From Macrostomum lignano (taxonomy: Eukaryota): 64,000 nt of DNA. Positions 34,935 to 48,900 of the stretch are shown here, piece after piece. The stretch spans positions 8,775 through 72,774 of the forward strand of contig NIVC01003872.1 in NCBI GenBank assembly GCA_002269645.1. The letters run 5' to 3'. The position numbers and the translations under genes are program-made. How positions within the stretch are numbered: the first letter of the stretch is position 1; every line of letters starts with the position of its first letter. The notes beneath the pieces were generated by a model. That model searched no databases. It saw nothing but the letters and a program-made list of their open reading frames with translations, and had not been told where the DNA came from.

Positions 34935-36328
34935 CAGGGGCGTGAGCGCGTCGCTATGGATTTTATGGTGGGGCACAAAGTTAAGAATTCTAAGTGACGA
35001 AATTCCTACATTTTTATGTCGGTGTTTTTAACACTCAATTTTATTGCCAAACAGACACTCATTTTGTTCGCTTTTTCATAGCTTTCACTCAGACCAGGGG
35101 GGACATGCACAGTTGTCCCGATGTCAGCCCCTGTCCCGCGCGGTGACGCGGGCCCTTGCATGTGATTATGCATTTAAAGGTACAATTTCGTAAAATGAAA
35201 CAATGTACAAGCTGAACCTCGGAAAAATAGGAAATTAAAGGAGTTACAACTCCGAGGAGCCGAGACCTTTCACGACTCTGTGAAAGGTCTCGGCCTTTAC
35301 TCGGCATTTTTTAGGGTTTTTAATTATTATGGCATTTGATTCAGTGCTAAGAGTAACACTTTCTTCTGTCCTACGAACCTGTCGAGTCCCCAGCAGCTAC
35401 ATGTAGTTGACGCCATCATATCGCTGTATGGTGATATGTCAGCTCCGCCTGGGATATCGGCTCGCTGGTCATGACAGCGCCTCGGTTTTTCAGCGTGTCG
35501 ACAAATAGGCCGACGCTTTGATGCCACCTCGACCAACCTTAATCTAGCGCTGTGCGCCATCAACAGTTGAGGACAGGAGTGTGAGGTCGTCGGCGTAGCC
35601 CAGAACCGCTCAGGCGCTTCTCGTTGTGGCGGCGACCGATGTGTCTGCGCAGCAGGAAGCCGTCGCCTGCTGAAGGGGGTCCGTTCCGAAGCTGCACAAT
35701 CCATGCCAGGAGCAGCACGAAGAGGAACGGTGCTAGAATGTGTCGCTTCTGTGTAGCACTCCTAAACGAAGTTTCAGACAGGTCAGACAAGCCGTCTGCC
35801 GTCACCACAGCGTAATGCCGCGGCGCAGACGGGCAGACGACCAACCTCGCGCGCTGTCAGCGGTTCACCTCGACGGTCTGATGCCCAACGTTGAGGACGA
35901 AATTCGGCGACGCAGATCTAGATCGAGAGGACTTGCCTGGACGGCCTACCGGTCGATTCGCGCCATCCTTCAGTCCAAAGCGCTGCCTGATCGTCAGAGG
36001 GCTCGGCTGTTGAGACCGTGTTGCTCGACAACGCTGCAGAGACGTGGATGTTCAAGGGACGCTAGAATTCGCGCTACTGGATTTTGCGCTAATTGTCTTC
36101 TGCGCACCAGGATTTTGCACGAATCGGATGATTTTAGGCGACTTGAAATTGAATTCGACTGCATCATTTCTCGCGACTTACTTCAAGCGACTGGATTTCG
36201 CGCGACTGAATTTCGCGCAACCGGATTTCGATCGACTGGATTTAAATCTTAAAAGTAATGTAGGAATTTAGTCATATAGATTTCTTGGCTTTTGCCCCCC
36301 ACCATAAAAATTCATGGCGACGCCCCTG
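34935..36328. mobile_element. hAT-like non-autonomous element with ~40-bp imperfect TIRs
   Basis: Left end CAGGGGCGT[gagcgcgt]CGCTATGGATTTTATGGTGGGGCACAAAG versus the reverse complement of the right end, CAGGGGCGTCGCCATGAATTTTTATGGTGGGGGGCAAAAG. No 8-bp TSD is recognisable. Confidence 0.6.
35425..36060. mobile_element. Degenerate non-LTR (RTE-like) reverse transcriptase fragment, partly inverted
   Basis: Minus strand ~35810-35425 gives PFLFVLLLAWI..LGYADDLTLLSSTVDGAQR..KTEAL. Plus strand ~35818-36060 gives RGADGQTTNLARCQRF..GLMPNVEDEIRRR..LAWTAYRSIRAILQSKALPDRQRARL..ETW. Many frameshifts. Confidence 0.65.
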
Positions 36329-39300
36329 CACATCCACATGGTGGCCTCTTCTGTGTCTGGGCGGAGCTGGTCGTCGAGTCGCAGTCGCATGTAACGGAGC
36401 AGGAATTCGGTGGTCTAACCGGAAAGCCAGCTAGCGATGTCGCAGTTGATGACGCGAGTCCGGATCCGTTTAGCGACGTTCTGCCCTGTGAATTATGTAC
36501 ACTGCACTTACAGTTCAGTCCGCGTAATGCATGCCATTTAGCGAAAAGCTCCCTATTTGGCCTTCCTCACACGCCTAAAACCGAAGCACGTGTACACGCG
36601 CATCAGTAACATACAAGCATGTATATCTTATTTGTAAGATTAGATCCTCTGCGAAAGTATTTTACCGCTGTGCTTGTGGTTATTCAGCTGTGATTCACGA
36701 TTACAATAGTTGTGATAATTGTGTAACGTTACATATTGTACCGCAGGTGTGATGTCATAGGCATTCTTTTATTGCATTTGCACACATACGACAGTACAGT
36801 ACGTACTGATACGGGAGTCCTTTATCGCTGGATTTCACCTAAGGAGACCTCCCACCTAAAACAACGAAGCAAGGCTAAAAGTTGTACTTGTGGTGCCAAA
36901 TGTGACAGCTAGAACCGAGCGGAACGCAGGGCACGTGTAATTGCTTCCGTGAGTATAGCGCAAAAGTTTGACCACTTTAAACCCCATTTAACTCGTACAT
37001 CTGCATTGACAAGTGATAATTTGCTTAGCCGATGGTCTGTCTACCTTAGCATTGGGCAAGGTGATTAAAGTTTGCTATTAATCGCAGGGAATGCACAGTC
37101 AGGCCATATTTCTTCCCTAACAGATCCATTCTTCGCTAACGGCGCCAGGATCCTCAAGGCTGCCCCTGCAAGTCGCCGGGCTCATGATGGATGAGGCACC
37201 GCTGTGACGCCACGCTGCTCTAATTGTTGGGAGTATCAGCGACCCTTAAAGAATAAACAGCACCATAATCACCGCGCTTGTGTGCACAAATCCCTTCGCA
37301 GACGGGCCCAGGTCGGCTGCCAGTCTTCAAGCCCGAGCGAGCCCCCCCCCCGCCTTGGCGACAGAAAGTTAGCTCATGTCAGCCAAGGAAATTGCCACGG
37401 CCGATTGCAGCCGCGCCCCAAACTGCTCAAGACGCCGCCCGCACCAGCCTCCTCCTCCTGCTCCCTCACCCACCAAACAAGCCGGGCAGCCTCGCTCGCG
37501 GCCGCTGCCGACGCCCTCGGCGTGTGAAGAAACCGCGGCCACGGAAGCGAACTGCAGACTTTCCCGGAAGCGGCCTCCACTTCCTCCGCCTTCTCCTTCA
37601 CCCTCCTTCTTCTCCGCGGCAGAGTGGACCGCTTCATCTTGCCTCTCCGCCTCCTCATCGCTGCTACATTGTTGCCAGCGGCGGCTCTCAGCTTTGCTGC
37701 TTCTTTTTCCACTTGAGGCTCCGCGGCGGAGAGATGGGGGTGAGGATCAGACTGGGCCAGCGGGGGACCAATTGTGCGGCGGAGGGAGAAACGGAGAATG
37801 CGGAGGGGAGCCGCCGGGCCAGCCAGTGCCGGCCCACAGTATCGCGCTGTGTGCCATAAATTAGCAGCTGGGGTCATAATTTCCAACTCTCAGATTTCTA
37901 TTCTCAGCATCGGGAAGTGCAGCAGAATATCGGTTGTCGCAGATTGTCCGCCAGAGCCCAGCAGCAGTCAGTGGCGGCAGCATGCGGCAGCTGGCAGCTT
38001 GCCTCATCTGTTGTGTTATTCTTTCGTCGAGCTTCGTGGAAGGTGAGCGAAACAAGCGGTAGAGATACTTTGGTACCAACTTACCTTTTTGAGCAGTACT
38101 GATTTTTTGGGGGATTTTGCCAACAAAAAGTGCCAAACTCCATGCTCTTCACTGAAATCTACCTGTACATGTACATGCTTGTACTTGGTAATGTATAAGT
38201 GCACTGAAAGGCCTTTTATATCCTACCCATAATTTAATCATTCACAAGGGAAAGCCTGACTGCAAGGTCATCTCTATTGGGGCCATTGTCCTTGTACTTC
38301 TTGTGTAGTACTTGTTTCGTACGAGCTACTAAGTCTATTTAAGCTACTTTTCATTTTTATAGAGTCACAGGGCCGCTAGAACAAAATTACAAGTAGATTA
38401 ACTCTGAAAAACAATTAGTACAGATAAATCACCGAGTTGCGCTTGCAGCAGACCTACCGGTATTGTGGTAAAAGCAGCTTCAGAAAGGCAGCACGCCAGC
38501 CAAAATGCGGTCTGATTCGCTCACCAAGGCAAATCAAAGAGCTGACGCGCCGATTAGCAGAGGAGCCTGAACTATTTCGGGGGCAACCCAAGCACTCAGG
38601 CAGCAGGGATGTTCCACACTGATGAAGGGGCTTGGATGAAGAGATGCGCCAGATTGGTAACTCCGCCAGCACTCCGCAGAATCTGGAAAATCCGCAGCAG
38701 GGTAGGCAGATAGCATCAACTCTGGACAGCCGACCAGAGCCTGCAATAATAAAAGAGCACGGGACGGACTTGCCACGGGCTGAAGTCCCGGCAGTCAGCT
38801 GGGTAAATTCGACTAGAAAGCTCTTCGAACTGCAGGGCTGGCAAGGCTGGGTGGCGGCGGCTTGTGGGAGAGGGCAATAAAGCTTCTTACAAGACGGCAT
38901 GGCAACACTCTTGTCTTGACCCTTGCTGGATTGCACCTGTCTGCACTGGTGACACACATCGTTACTTCTAAAGCCCTTGTCGCGCTTGTCCAACTACAGA
39001 AACTCCGGCGGCAAAGTGTCTGCGCTGTGGCCTGACATTTCGGTTCATAAAGGTGGGAGAGATGGGGAAGCAGGGCTGCGACCGCGGCACCTCACTACCG
39101 CATTGGCATTGTCGTATTGTCGCCTAGACGCCTCGCTCTCAAGAGGCAATTAGGACTCACCGAGGAAATTGCCAGCGTCCAAAATCTGGGCCGCAACCAG
39201 CAGTACAGATGCCTTTGATCACAGCAGCCCAGCAAATTTCCGGAGTCGCAGGAGCTGAAAGGGACTCATGCCTCGACGTTTTCGACGTTGCAAATGACTG

Positions 39301-41149
39301 CCATTTGCTTAAGTCTGTAGAAATTGAACCTCGGACCCATAGGCTCAGCTGTGGAATAAACTTCAATTAAACTGGATTTTCAATTACATCTTTCTCGGAT
39401 TGGGGTTGCCGGGATAATTTGAGCTGCCCTGAGAATTTACGGAAAGCTACTCAAAACACGAGCTGCCTCATGAAGGAACTCGGATCAAGTAATAAATTGT
39501 TCTGAAGTCAAACTGATTCAGCTGATGATGGCATCGATAAATAGAAGGAAGACAAGATATGAAGCATTGCCGGAAATGAGTTATCTGAAGAAGAAAAGTG
39601 CAACTATCTTGAAATATTTTATGAAAGGCGCAATTTAATGCTATCAAAATTGCATTCCCGTCTTCGCATGGGGCTGAGAAATAGACGGCGATGAAAGGGG
39701 CAGCATCGAACTCACTCATTCTTCTGCTCACGCAGAGCTCTAGAGCAGCTCAGCTATAATGCTTACCGCTCCAGCCCCAGAGTGCACCATAGCGCTCACC
39801 TGCCCGCTTAGCAGAAAGGCTCAACACGGCAGTGCAGTAGTCAGGCGGTCTTGTTGCCGGTACGCTGAGCACTGAACACGGGAGGCTGCCAACTCAGGCG
39901 GCAGGATAGTGCAGCGGCCCAGACAGTCTCAGCCGGGCGGCACAGCAGGGAGACGCTTTCCTCTCTCCCCGACCTGGCAGCTGGTGGGCCGCCTTCGCCC
40001 ACTTCTGCAACAGCAGCAGCAGCAGCAAAACGGGCGGCCTCCGCGACCTCTGAGCCGGACTCGAGAGGCGCCGCAAGTGGAGAAGGAGAAGAGGTCGGAG
40101 ACAAGGACGGCGAAGGGAGGACGGGAGGGCAGACAAAGGTTTGAAGCGTTTGACTCTCCGCTCCGTTACCCGCCTCCTTATCCAGCTCCGAGAGATCCGG
40201 GGGATCAAAACACAGCGCGAGTCCCCAGCGATTGCGTGCTGGCGCAGCGCCCGCTACTGGCAGGCCGTCAGTGCCGCCCTGTCTCTCAAAAAATCCGCCT
40301 ATTATTGCGGGAGGAAGCTCATGCGGCACAGAGAGAGGATGCCGTGAAAGAGCAGGCAGCAGCAGAAGACGAGCCAGAGGCAGCGAAGCCGCCCTACTCT
40401 CTGGGCCCGGAGCTGATTCTCGGAGTGGCACTGACCCAAACACAGCTTGAGTCCCCCAATCAAAGCACTTTCAGAGGCTGCTTTAGCCAGGCCTGGGGTT
40501 GTAAGGATGGGGATCCGCTGTCAGGAAGCGCCCGCCCCCCGCTACTGCGCCTCCTTGTCCCTCACCATCTGCAGCCCTGCCTGCCTCTGTCGAGTGGTCG
40601 CACAGCGGCCTACTGCGCTGTTTGAAAGAAGTTGCCATTTTATCTGACATTTTCCCTGTCAGGCGATTCCACTCTCAGGTCGGCGCGTGGAGGGGTGACC
40701 CCGAAGGTTGTCAGTCAAGGGCCGGCAGCTCCGGACTCATTCCACCTGGCGCTCTCAGGGTAGACGCTGCGAGTCAAAGAGGTTTAGCAGTCGCGCAGAG
40801 GGTCAGTTTCAATTGGGTGACAAATTGCTCAGCAATTATTCTCCCCGCCCCTGGGTCTAAAAGGGCAAAGTGGATGGCTATTACCATGACAATGGCCTGC
40901 ACTGCTACCCGTCGGTCCAGGAGCAACTCTCAGCCTGGACTGTTAGAGCACAATAGCGCCAACCTGAAGCTGAAACTTAAATTCAGTCAATAAACCCTGG
41001 ACTGTGAATGCAAGCTCTGAACACTGAGCCCTGAAACCCGAGTTCAGAAGCATCACTACTTGAGTCTGAAGCATGAACTAGGATCGATTCTAGTGTCTAT
41101 AAAACAAGCGAGAAAAAACAAGCATAAGAAGAAGCCATTTGCTTTGCAG

Positions 41150-42613
<1,464 letters not shown>

Positions 42614-42637
<24 letters not shown>

Positions 42638-43083
42638 AGAGCAGAGCACAGACCCAGCTGAATGACCTGGCCTAGAGAGCAGAGCACAGACCCAGCTGAA
42701 TGACCTGGCCTAGAGAGCAGAGCACAGACCCAGCTGAATGACCTGGCCTAGAGAGCAGAGCACAGACCCAGCTGAATGACCTGGCCTAGAGAGCAGAGCA
42801 CAGACCCAGCTGAATGACCTGGCCTAGAGAGCAGAGCACAGACCCAGCTGAATGACCTGGCCTAGAGAGCAGAGCACAGACCCAGCTGAATGACCTGGCC
42901 TAGAGAGCAGAGCACAGACCCAGCTGAATGACCTGGCCTAGAGAGCAGAGCACAGACCCAGCTGAATGACCTGGCCTAGAGAGCAGAGCACAGACCCAGC
43001 TGAATGACCTGGCCTAGAGAGCAGAGCACAGACCCAGCTGAATGACCTGGCCTAGAGAGCAGAGCACAGACCCAGCTGAATGA
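42614..43083. repeat. 38-bp minisatellite, ~12 copies, overlapping the BAMBI-like stop codon
   Basis: Unit GACCCAGCTGAATGACCTGGCCTAGAGAGCAGAGCACA. The first copy encodes PQLNDLA*. Confidence 0.95.
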
Positions 43084-43964
43084 AACGTACTGCATGTAAT
43101 TAGATGAAATTGGATGTTAAAATCTGTTAAGACATCAAAATCCGTATTTTTCTTGTCCATGTACAGTGTAGCAATGCACAAATCCGTATTTCGCTACTTG
43201 AAGTAATCAGGACGGACATTCGAATGTTCGGTACAGATTTTAAATGGCAGTCTAATACTGCTTGCTGTTCCTAGACTGATCATTGACCATCCCATAACCC
43301 TTTTGGTGTCCCAAATTTGCATTGAAATCGTTGATCAGTCTTGTTCACAATCGCGCTTTTCTCCGTGACATTTTGGAACTCAAATTAAACTTGTGAACAC
43401 AAAAGCAAACGCAAATGAGAGTAGTTGCTGCTTTAAGAAATAATTTGCTGCCAGAGTTACGGGGGGAGGGGCTGGGAGGATTAGGATTTAGCCGTGGGAC
43501 AAACTGAAAACAATGGAACTAGCTCGTATTTCTCCTTTTTTGTCATTTTTTCTACTAATAAAACTGCGCCTGAGGCCGTCGGAATGTGCGCATTGAAATT
43601 TTCCATAAAAAACCAGTCGGCAGCTTCGTAAAGATGAAAAAGGGTTATATTTTGTCAAGGGACACCGCATTTTGGGTCTGGGAGCCTGTGTGAAGCCACA
43701 TTAATTTAACAATTTTGACGATATTCGGATGGGAGTAAGTCACAGCTGCTCTAACCCCTATGTGATCGTGTGCCTGCCTACCAGTGCATTCGTGTGTGTG
43801 ATTACTCATGCTGTCGCTATGCTCTCGTTAGGGTAGATTCAGGCATTTCTATCATATTGTAATAAGCCACAAACCTCTTCAGGAAACCCTGGCTAAATAG
43901 CAGTGAGTAGTACGAGATCCGTGTATGTATATTAGCTGGGAAAATCATGCTTCGTGAATTTTTA

Positions 43965-45196
43965 GAATTGTGGCCGGCCTCCCTAAATCCACTCCAGAGG
44001 AGGCCGTCTACCTCGAACTCGGAACCGTTCCCATTTCCGTTGAAGGACACAGAAGAGCCCTGCTGGCTGTCGAGAAGGCCCTCCGGCGGCCAGCCCACGA
44101 CCCTTGGCGCAGCCTTTGCGAAGACCAAGGCCGGCGCAGGCTCAAAGCTAACAAAGGTCTCCGGGATCAAGCCAAGCTGGAATCCGAGCAGATTCTGCAT
44201 TGCCCACGCCGGGAATCGAACTGAATCAGAAACAAGCCCTGGCTTAAGAGAATCGAGGATCGGGTCACCTTTTGCGAACACCTGACTCAGCCGATCTCCA
44301 GGAACGATCCGCCAGAGACCAGGCGGTCGGCGACGGAAGACACCATTAAATCATGGGGCGACCGCAAGATCCACTATTTCACCGACGGATCTGCATCCGA
44401 AGGAACGGAGAACGGAGGGGCAGCCTGTGTGGCAGTCGCCCCTACTTCGGGCCAGGTGATTTGGATTGAGGGAGCTGCTACCGGGCGCTGGTGTAGCTCG
44501 TTCCAAGCTGAACTCTCAGCTCTGCACCTCGCCCTGGACCACATCCTTGAGACTAAGCAGGACTCTGCCCTGATCCTCACCGACAGCCAATCGGCCATTG
44601 CGGCGCTCAAAGGTCGGCAGCACTCCCTGAACCCTCTGCTCGAGTCGCTCAAGCGCAAGCTGACGCAGGTGGAGAGCCACGCCGACGTGGTCCTGCAGTG
44701 GATCCCAGGTCATTCTGGGACTCCCGGTAACGAGAGAGCCGACACCGAGGCAAAGAACGCCTGTCTGCTCGCCCAGGACCTTCTAGGGATCGACATCGAG
44801 GCCGCCCGAAGCCGCATACGCCGTCTCATCAACTATAAGCCTCTCCTGAATGACCGGCTGAAGCGGGTCTACAGCAAGACCCCCTCGATGCCTGCTCGCC
44901 CTCGCGCGCTTCAGGTTTCCATAGCTCAAATGCGTGCCGGTCACGATCCCTCTACGGCGTACTATCAGCACCGAATTGGCACTAGGGAGGATAGCAGATG
45001 CCTCCGGTGCGACCTCTTTGAAGACAAGGACCACTTCCTCGAATGTCCGGCCCTGGCCGGAGCTCGGCACGCGACGGACCTACACCAACTGGAGGACTTG
45101 GCCGATGGCGATCTGGTGGCTAGGTTCTTGGACTGCCTGCATAGGCAGCCCTAGACCACCTTCCGCAAACAACAACAACAACAACAACAATAACAA
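43965..45196 (+). mobile_element. 5'-truncated non-LTR retrotransposon (I-group, RNase H-containing) with (CAA)n tail
   Basis: One frame runs 43970-45154 with a single in-frame TGA (44222-44224): GLPKSTPEEAVYLELG..YFTDGSA..SSFQAELSAL..ILTDSQSAI..LQWIPGHSGTPGNERADTEAK (RNase H D-E-D-D), then QMRAGH..CLRC..HFL.C (C-terminal CCHC). Followed by AAC repeats at ~45168-45196. Confidence 0.85.
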
Positions 45197-45966
45197 AGTA
45201 CACAGCCCCTGTAAGTCAGTGGAGGAGCGTCAGATGGCGCGCCGAAGCGCCAGCGGAAGAACAAAGTCCGGCCCATTGTGTGGTGTCGGGCGCCCCAGCG
45301 TCACTCCGGGTGCAGTCCACGTATCTCCCGGTCCTCGCTTGACCCCGCCTGAACGGTCCGGGTAAATAGAGCAAGGCATCCTGGAGGGGCTGGAGGCTCG
45401 CATTCAGCGTGTTGATGACTAGGCCGAGGCTTGATGTCACCTCGACAAAACTGTCAATGTGGGAAAGGATCTGGAAGTGACAAAGACTACCAACAGTTAG
45501 GAATTTAGTAGGACTTGGATATCGGAGCGGCCACCCATCTGCATGAGACGGACATCGATAGCAGTTCCGATGGCAAATCCAATTTGTCACGCTCGAATAG
45601 ACATTTTAATTAAGCCCAGAAAAGGATGTCGCCAACACTTGAATACGAGCGTAATTACCTGCGGCAATTATGTAACTAATACATCGCGTGCGATTGGCTG
45701 AACTTTGGAAAGCAACAAACACCCGCAGTTGGATCCGAGAAGCATCTCAGCCATGGGCATCAATAAATCAGGGTCAGTGAAGCAGAGTTGTGGCAGATAA
45801 CAAAGCAGATAGATCGATTAGGACTCGACCGCAGCCATGCTAGGAGATCATTAGTCTGTTTGCAAGGCTAGAATATCATTTTGATAGCGGGTATAATAGC
45901 TCACTGCTTTTTGGTATCCTGCTGGACTCAACTCTCAATGGAAAACTCTAGAAAAATAGCGCAGGT

Positions 45967-48900
45967 ATGAAGCTTCTGTGGGTCTCCGTGTATCTCCTGG
46001 TGCAGCTGCTTCTCTGCTTCGGCTCAGCAAGCGCGAGGCGCATCGCAGTGCTGGCTCAGACAGGCAGCGCCGACAGGTCCCTGGTGGAAGCTGCTGTGAG
46101 CAAGCTGGTCAACGGGCACTGGGTCTTCCCGCTGTTCAAGACGGAGCCTCTGAATTTCGAGTGGCTACAAGTTGCCGACGCTTTGGAAGCGGTTCAGAGA
46201 GGTGTTCAATTTTTCCACTGCAACTCTTTTATCACCTCAAAAATCAATTTATCACCACAGATTTCAAGACAAAACGAGTGCAGGAGACGGTGCGACATAA
46301 GGCTAACCGCAGTTTCGTGTTAGATTGACGCTAAAATAATTAGGCTGAGGTATTGGGTGGCCCGAGAATTACTAGTAGGCGTTACGTTACGCGGATCATT
46401 AGCATCTGTACTGTTTGGTATGACAGGGGTTGGATCTGAATCACACAGGTACAACGATACATTGTTCGGAGTCTTTCAACCAGCAAAGCTTTGTGCTTTG
46501 CTAACAAACCAGGTGAAATTGACAACTTTAACTTGTACTTTTAGCATGCAGCTCACCTACTCTCAGTGGCACGATTGTGATCGGGAACTGCGCATTTGTC
46601 TCAGATGTAATGAAACTGTCTGACTACATCAGCGTTCCTGCCATCACGCTCTCCAGTGACCTCTGCCAGCTTAGCAGCACCGGTAACTTTCTGAGCTTTG
46701 ACATGTCCACTGATTTATCTCACTGGTTTTCGCTACCAGAAATCGCAAACCGAAACAAACTTTGCAGGTTTGAGCCTCGCATCAACGTCCAACGCGACGG
46801 GCTTTTTAGAAGCCGCAGCGGCAGTTTTGCAGCGGGTTGCGGCACCAGTGGCCGCTGTGCTCCACGACGAGTTCCAAGGTAAGTCCGAAGTTTCCCGATT
46901 AAAAATGAACTAGCCCATCAGATTCAGAAAGGATTTCACTCGCGCTTCAGACCACAAGCTCGTTGAGGAATTGCAGCTGGAGCTCTCCGCCAAAGGAATC
47001 GCTAGCTCAACTTTTCAGATAAATAATTCCGTCGGTAATCTGAATCTCACGTTGACAAACATGATCAAAGCTAAAATTAGAAACATCGTAGTTCTGTGCG
47101 ACCCAGGCACTGTTTTAAATATCGTTAACTTGGTAAGCTTTGAACTGCTTCAGTTTTGAGCATTCTGTTTAAAATGATAGAAGAATTTTTCCAGGCCCAG
47201 AAAACAGGAACTCTGCAGCCGAACTACTTCTGGACAGTGATCGACACAGGAGTTCGACTTGCGTCGATCGAGGACCTGCTTCCTGCAAACGAGTCTGCAA
47301 ACATTCTTGTGATCCGAGAGTCGGCCATCGACCTGAAAACGGCCTCAGCCGGTTGCACCTCACAGCTCAAGACCGTGTTTCCGGACTGCCAAACAAGCAG
47401 ATACTCGGTAATAAGCCTTTATCTACAAACTTCTTGACAGATCTTAGTCGCTGTCGCTACCAAAAGACCCCTGAACATACCCGCAGATGCTGGAGCTGAA
47501 GGCGGTAGAGGCCGTGCTGTCGTTCGCCAGCGCTACGCATAGCTTACTAGACAGTTCCGGTCTTCCTGCCAGCAACGTGTCGTGTCGGCCGTTGCAGCCG
47601 TGGTCGGCGGGTCCCGCACTGGCTGCGCAGCTGAAACAGGTACGGATTGAACAGGTGCTCAATTGATGATCTTCTTTGCGTTCAGATCTAATGTATTGAC
47701 CTGTGCTGCACCTTATCCCCTTCTAATCTACTTTTATTTACTCTATCAACACAGCAGCAGTATCGATCATGATAGATTACAAAATCTGTCTCAGTCTGCT
47801 CAGTCGTACCCGTTCACCTTTGTGTAGCTGCGACAGCCGCTGTCAGCTGGGAGCAGCTGGACACCCAGCGACTACTTCCTGGAGGTGCAGGCTACGTTCC
47901 ACGATGAGTTCTCCGACCCGGTCCGCTTCGTCAACAGCGGCCGCTTCTTTGTAGGGAACGGCTCTCTGGAGGTCAGCTTCCGCTACAGAGGTCGGAGCCT
48001 CATCTTCCCCAACACGTTTATCGACTTTAAAAATCGCACCTTAAGAGTCTGTGCGCCTGCGGTAAGCGTAGTGCGAGGTTGCGTTTGATTTCGTCTGTCG
48101 GGGGGGGGGGGGGGCTGCTCTCTTATTACTTGCATGTTGTAATTTACTCTTTGCATGCCGCCACCCCAGTCGGGTCAGTTATTTTAACCTTTTGCTGGCC
48201 ATTTGACTCTGAATTCTCGGCTCTTACAGTAGTTTAGTTTATTGAAATTAAATAATGAGGCTACATGGTTTTCATAGTAGCATTCACATTTCAACTTTAG
48301 TCGCGGCCGTACATGCAGTACTCAAACGGAACGGTTGGCATTCCTGGTGCAATTTCCACCGACATCATTCACTTTCTCTCACTGCATCTGAACTATTCGT
48401 AAGTTACCTGAAATACACAAATGGGCTGAAATAGTAAGTTCCCAAGAATTTCCTGTCCACACCCTCGCAGCTACTCGCTGTTCGCTCCTGCGGACAATCA
48501 GTTCGGAGCGCCAGACCCGGCCTCGGTCTATTACACGGGCTGCATTGGCATGATTCAAAGAGGCGTAAGAAATATTCACTTTTTAATCAGAATGTTTTGA
48601 AAAAATACTGGCTTCGAAGAGGGTACCCCCTGCTTTGCTCTGATTTGCAGGAAGCAGACATCACCATTCCCATGGCTATTAACACATTTCGATCCAAGGT
48701 GATCGACTACTCTCAGGAGTACATGTTCTCATCGAATGCCATCTTGGTCAAGCGGCCGAATTCCGAGTCCAAGCTGTGGAATGTGTTTACGCCGCTTGCC
48801 TGGGACACGTGGCTGCTGATAGTCTGCATGCTCCTGTTGGTGCCGGGTGTCATCTTTCTGTTTGCCAGGCTCAGCCCGTTCTCCGCCTGGAACCTTGGTC

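Noticed and set aside
37374-40625. GC-rich ORFs at 37278-37886, 38454-38993 and 39841-40625 (possible gag-like zinc-knuckle remnant CHQC, or the BAMBI first exon)
   Set aside because: Low-complexity, open on both strands, no complete CCHC, protease or signal peptide with a convincing phase-1 donor. Left unassigned.
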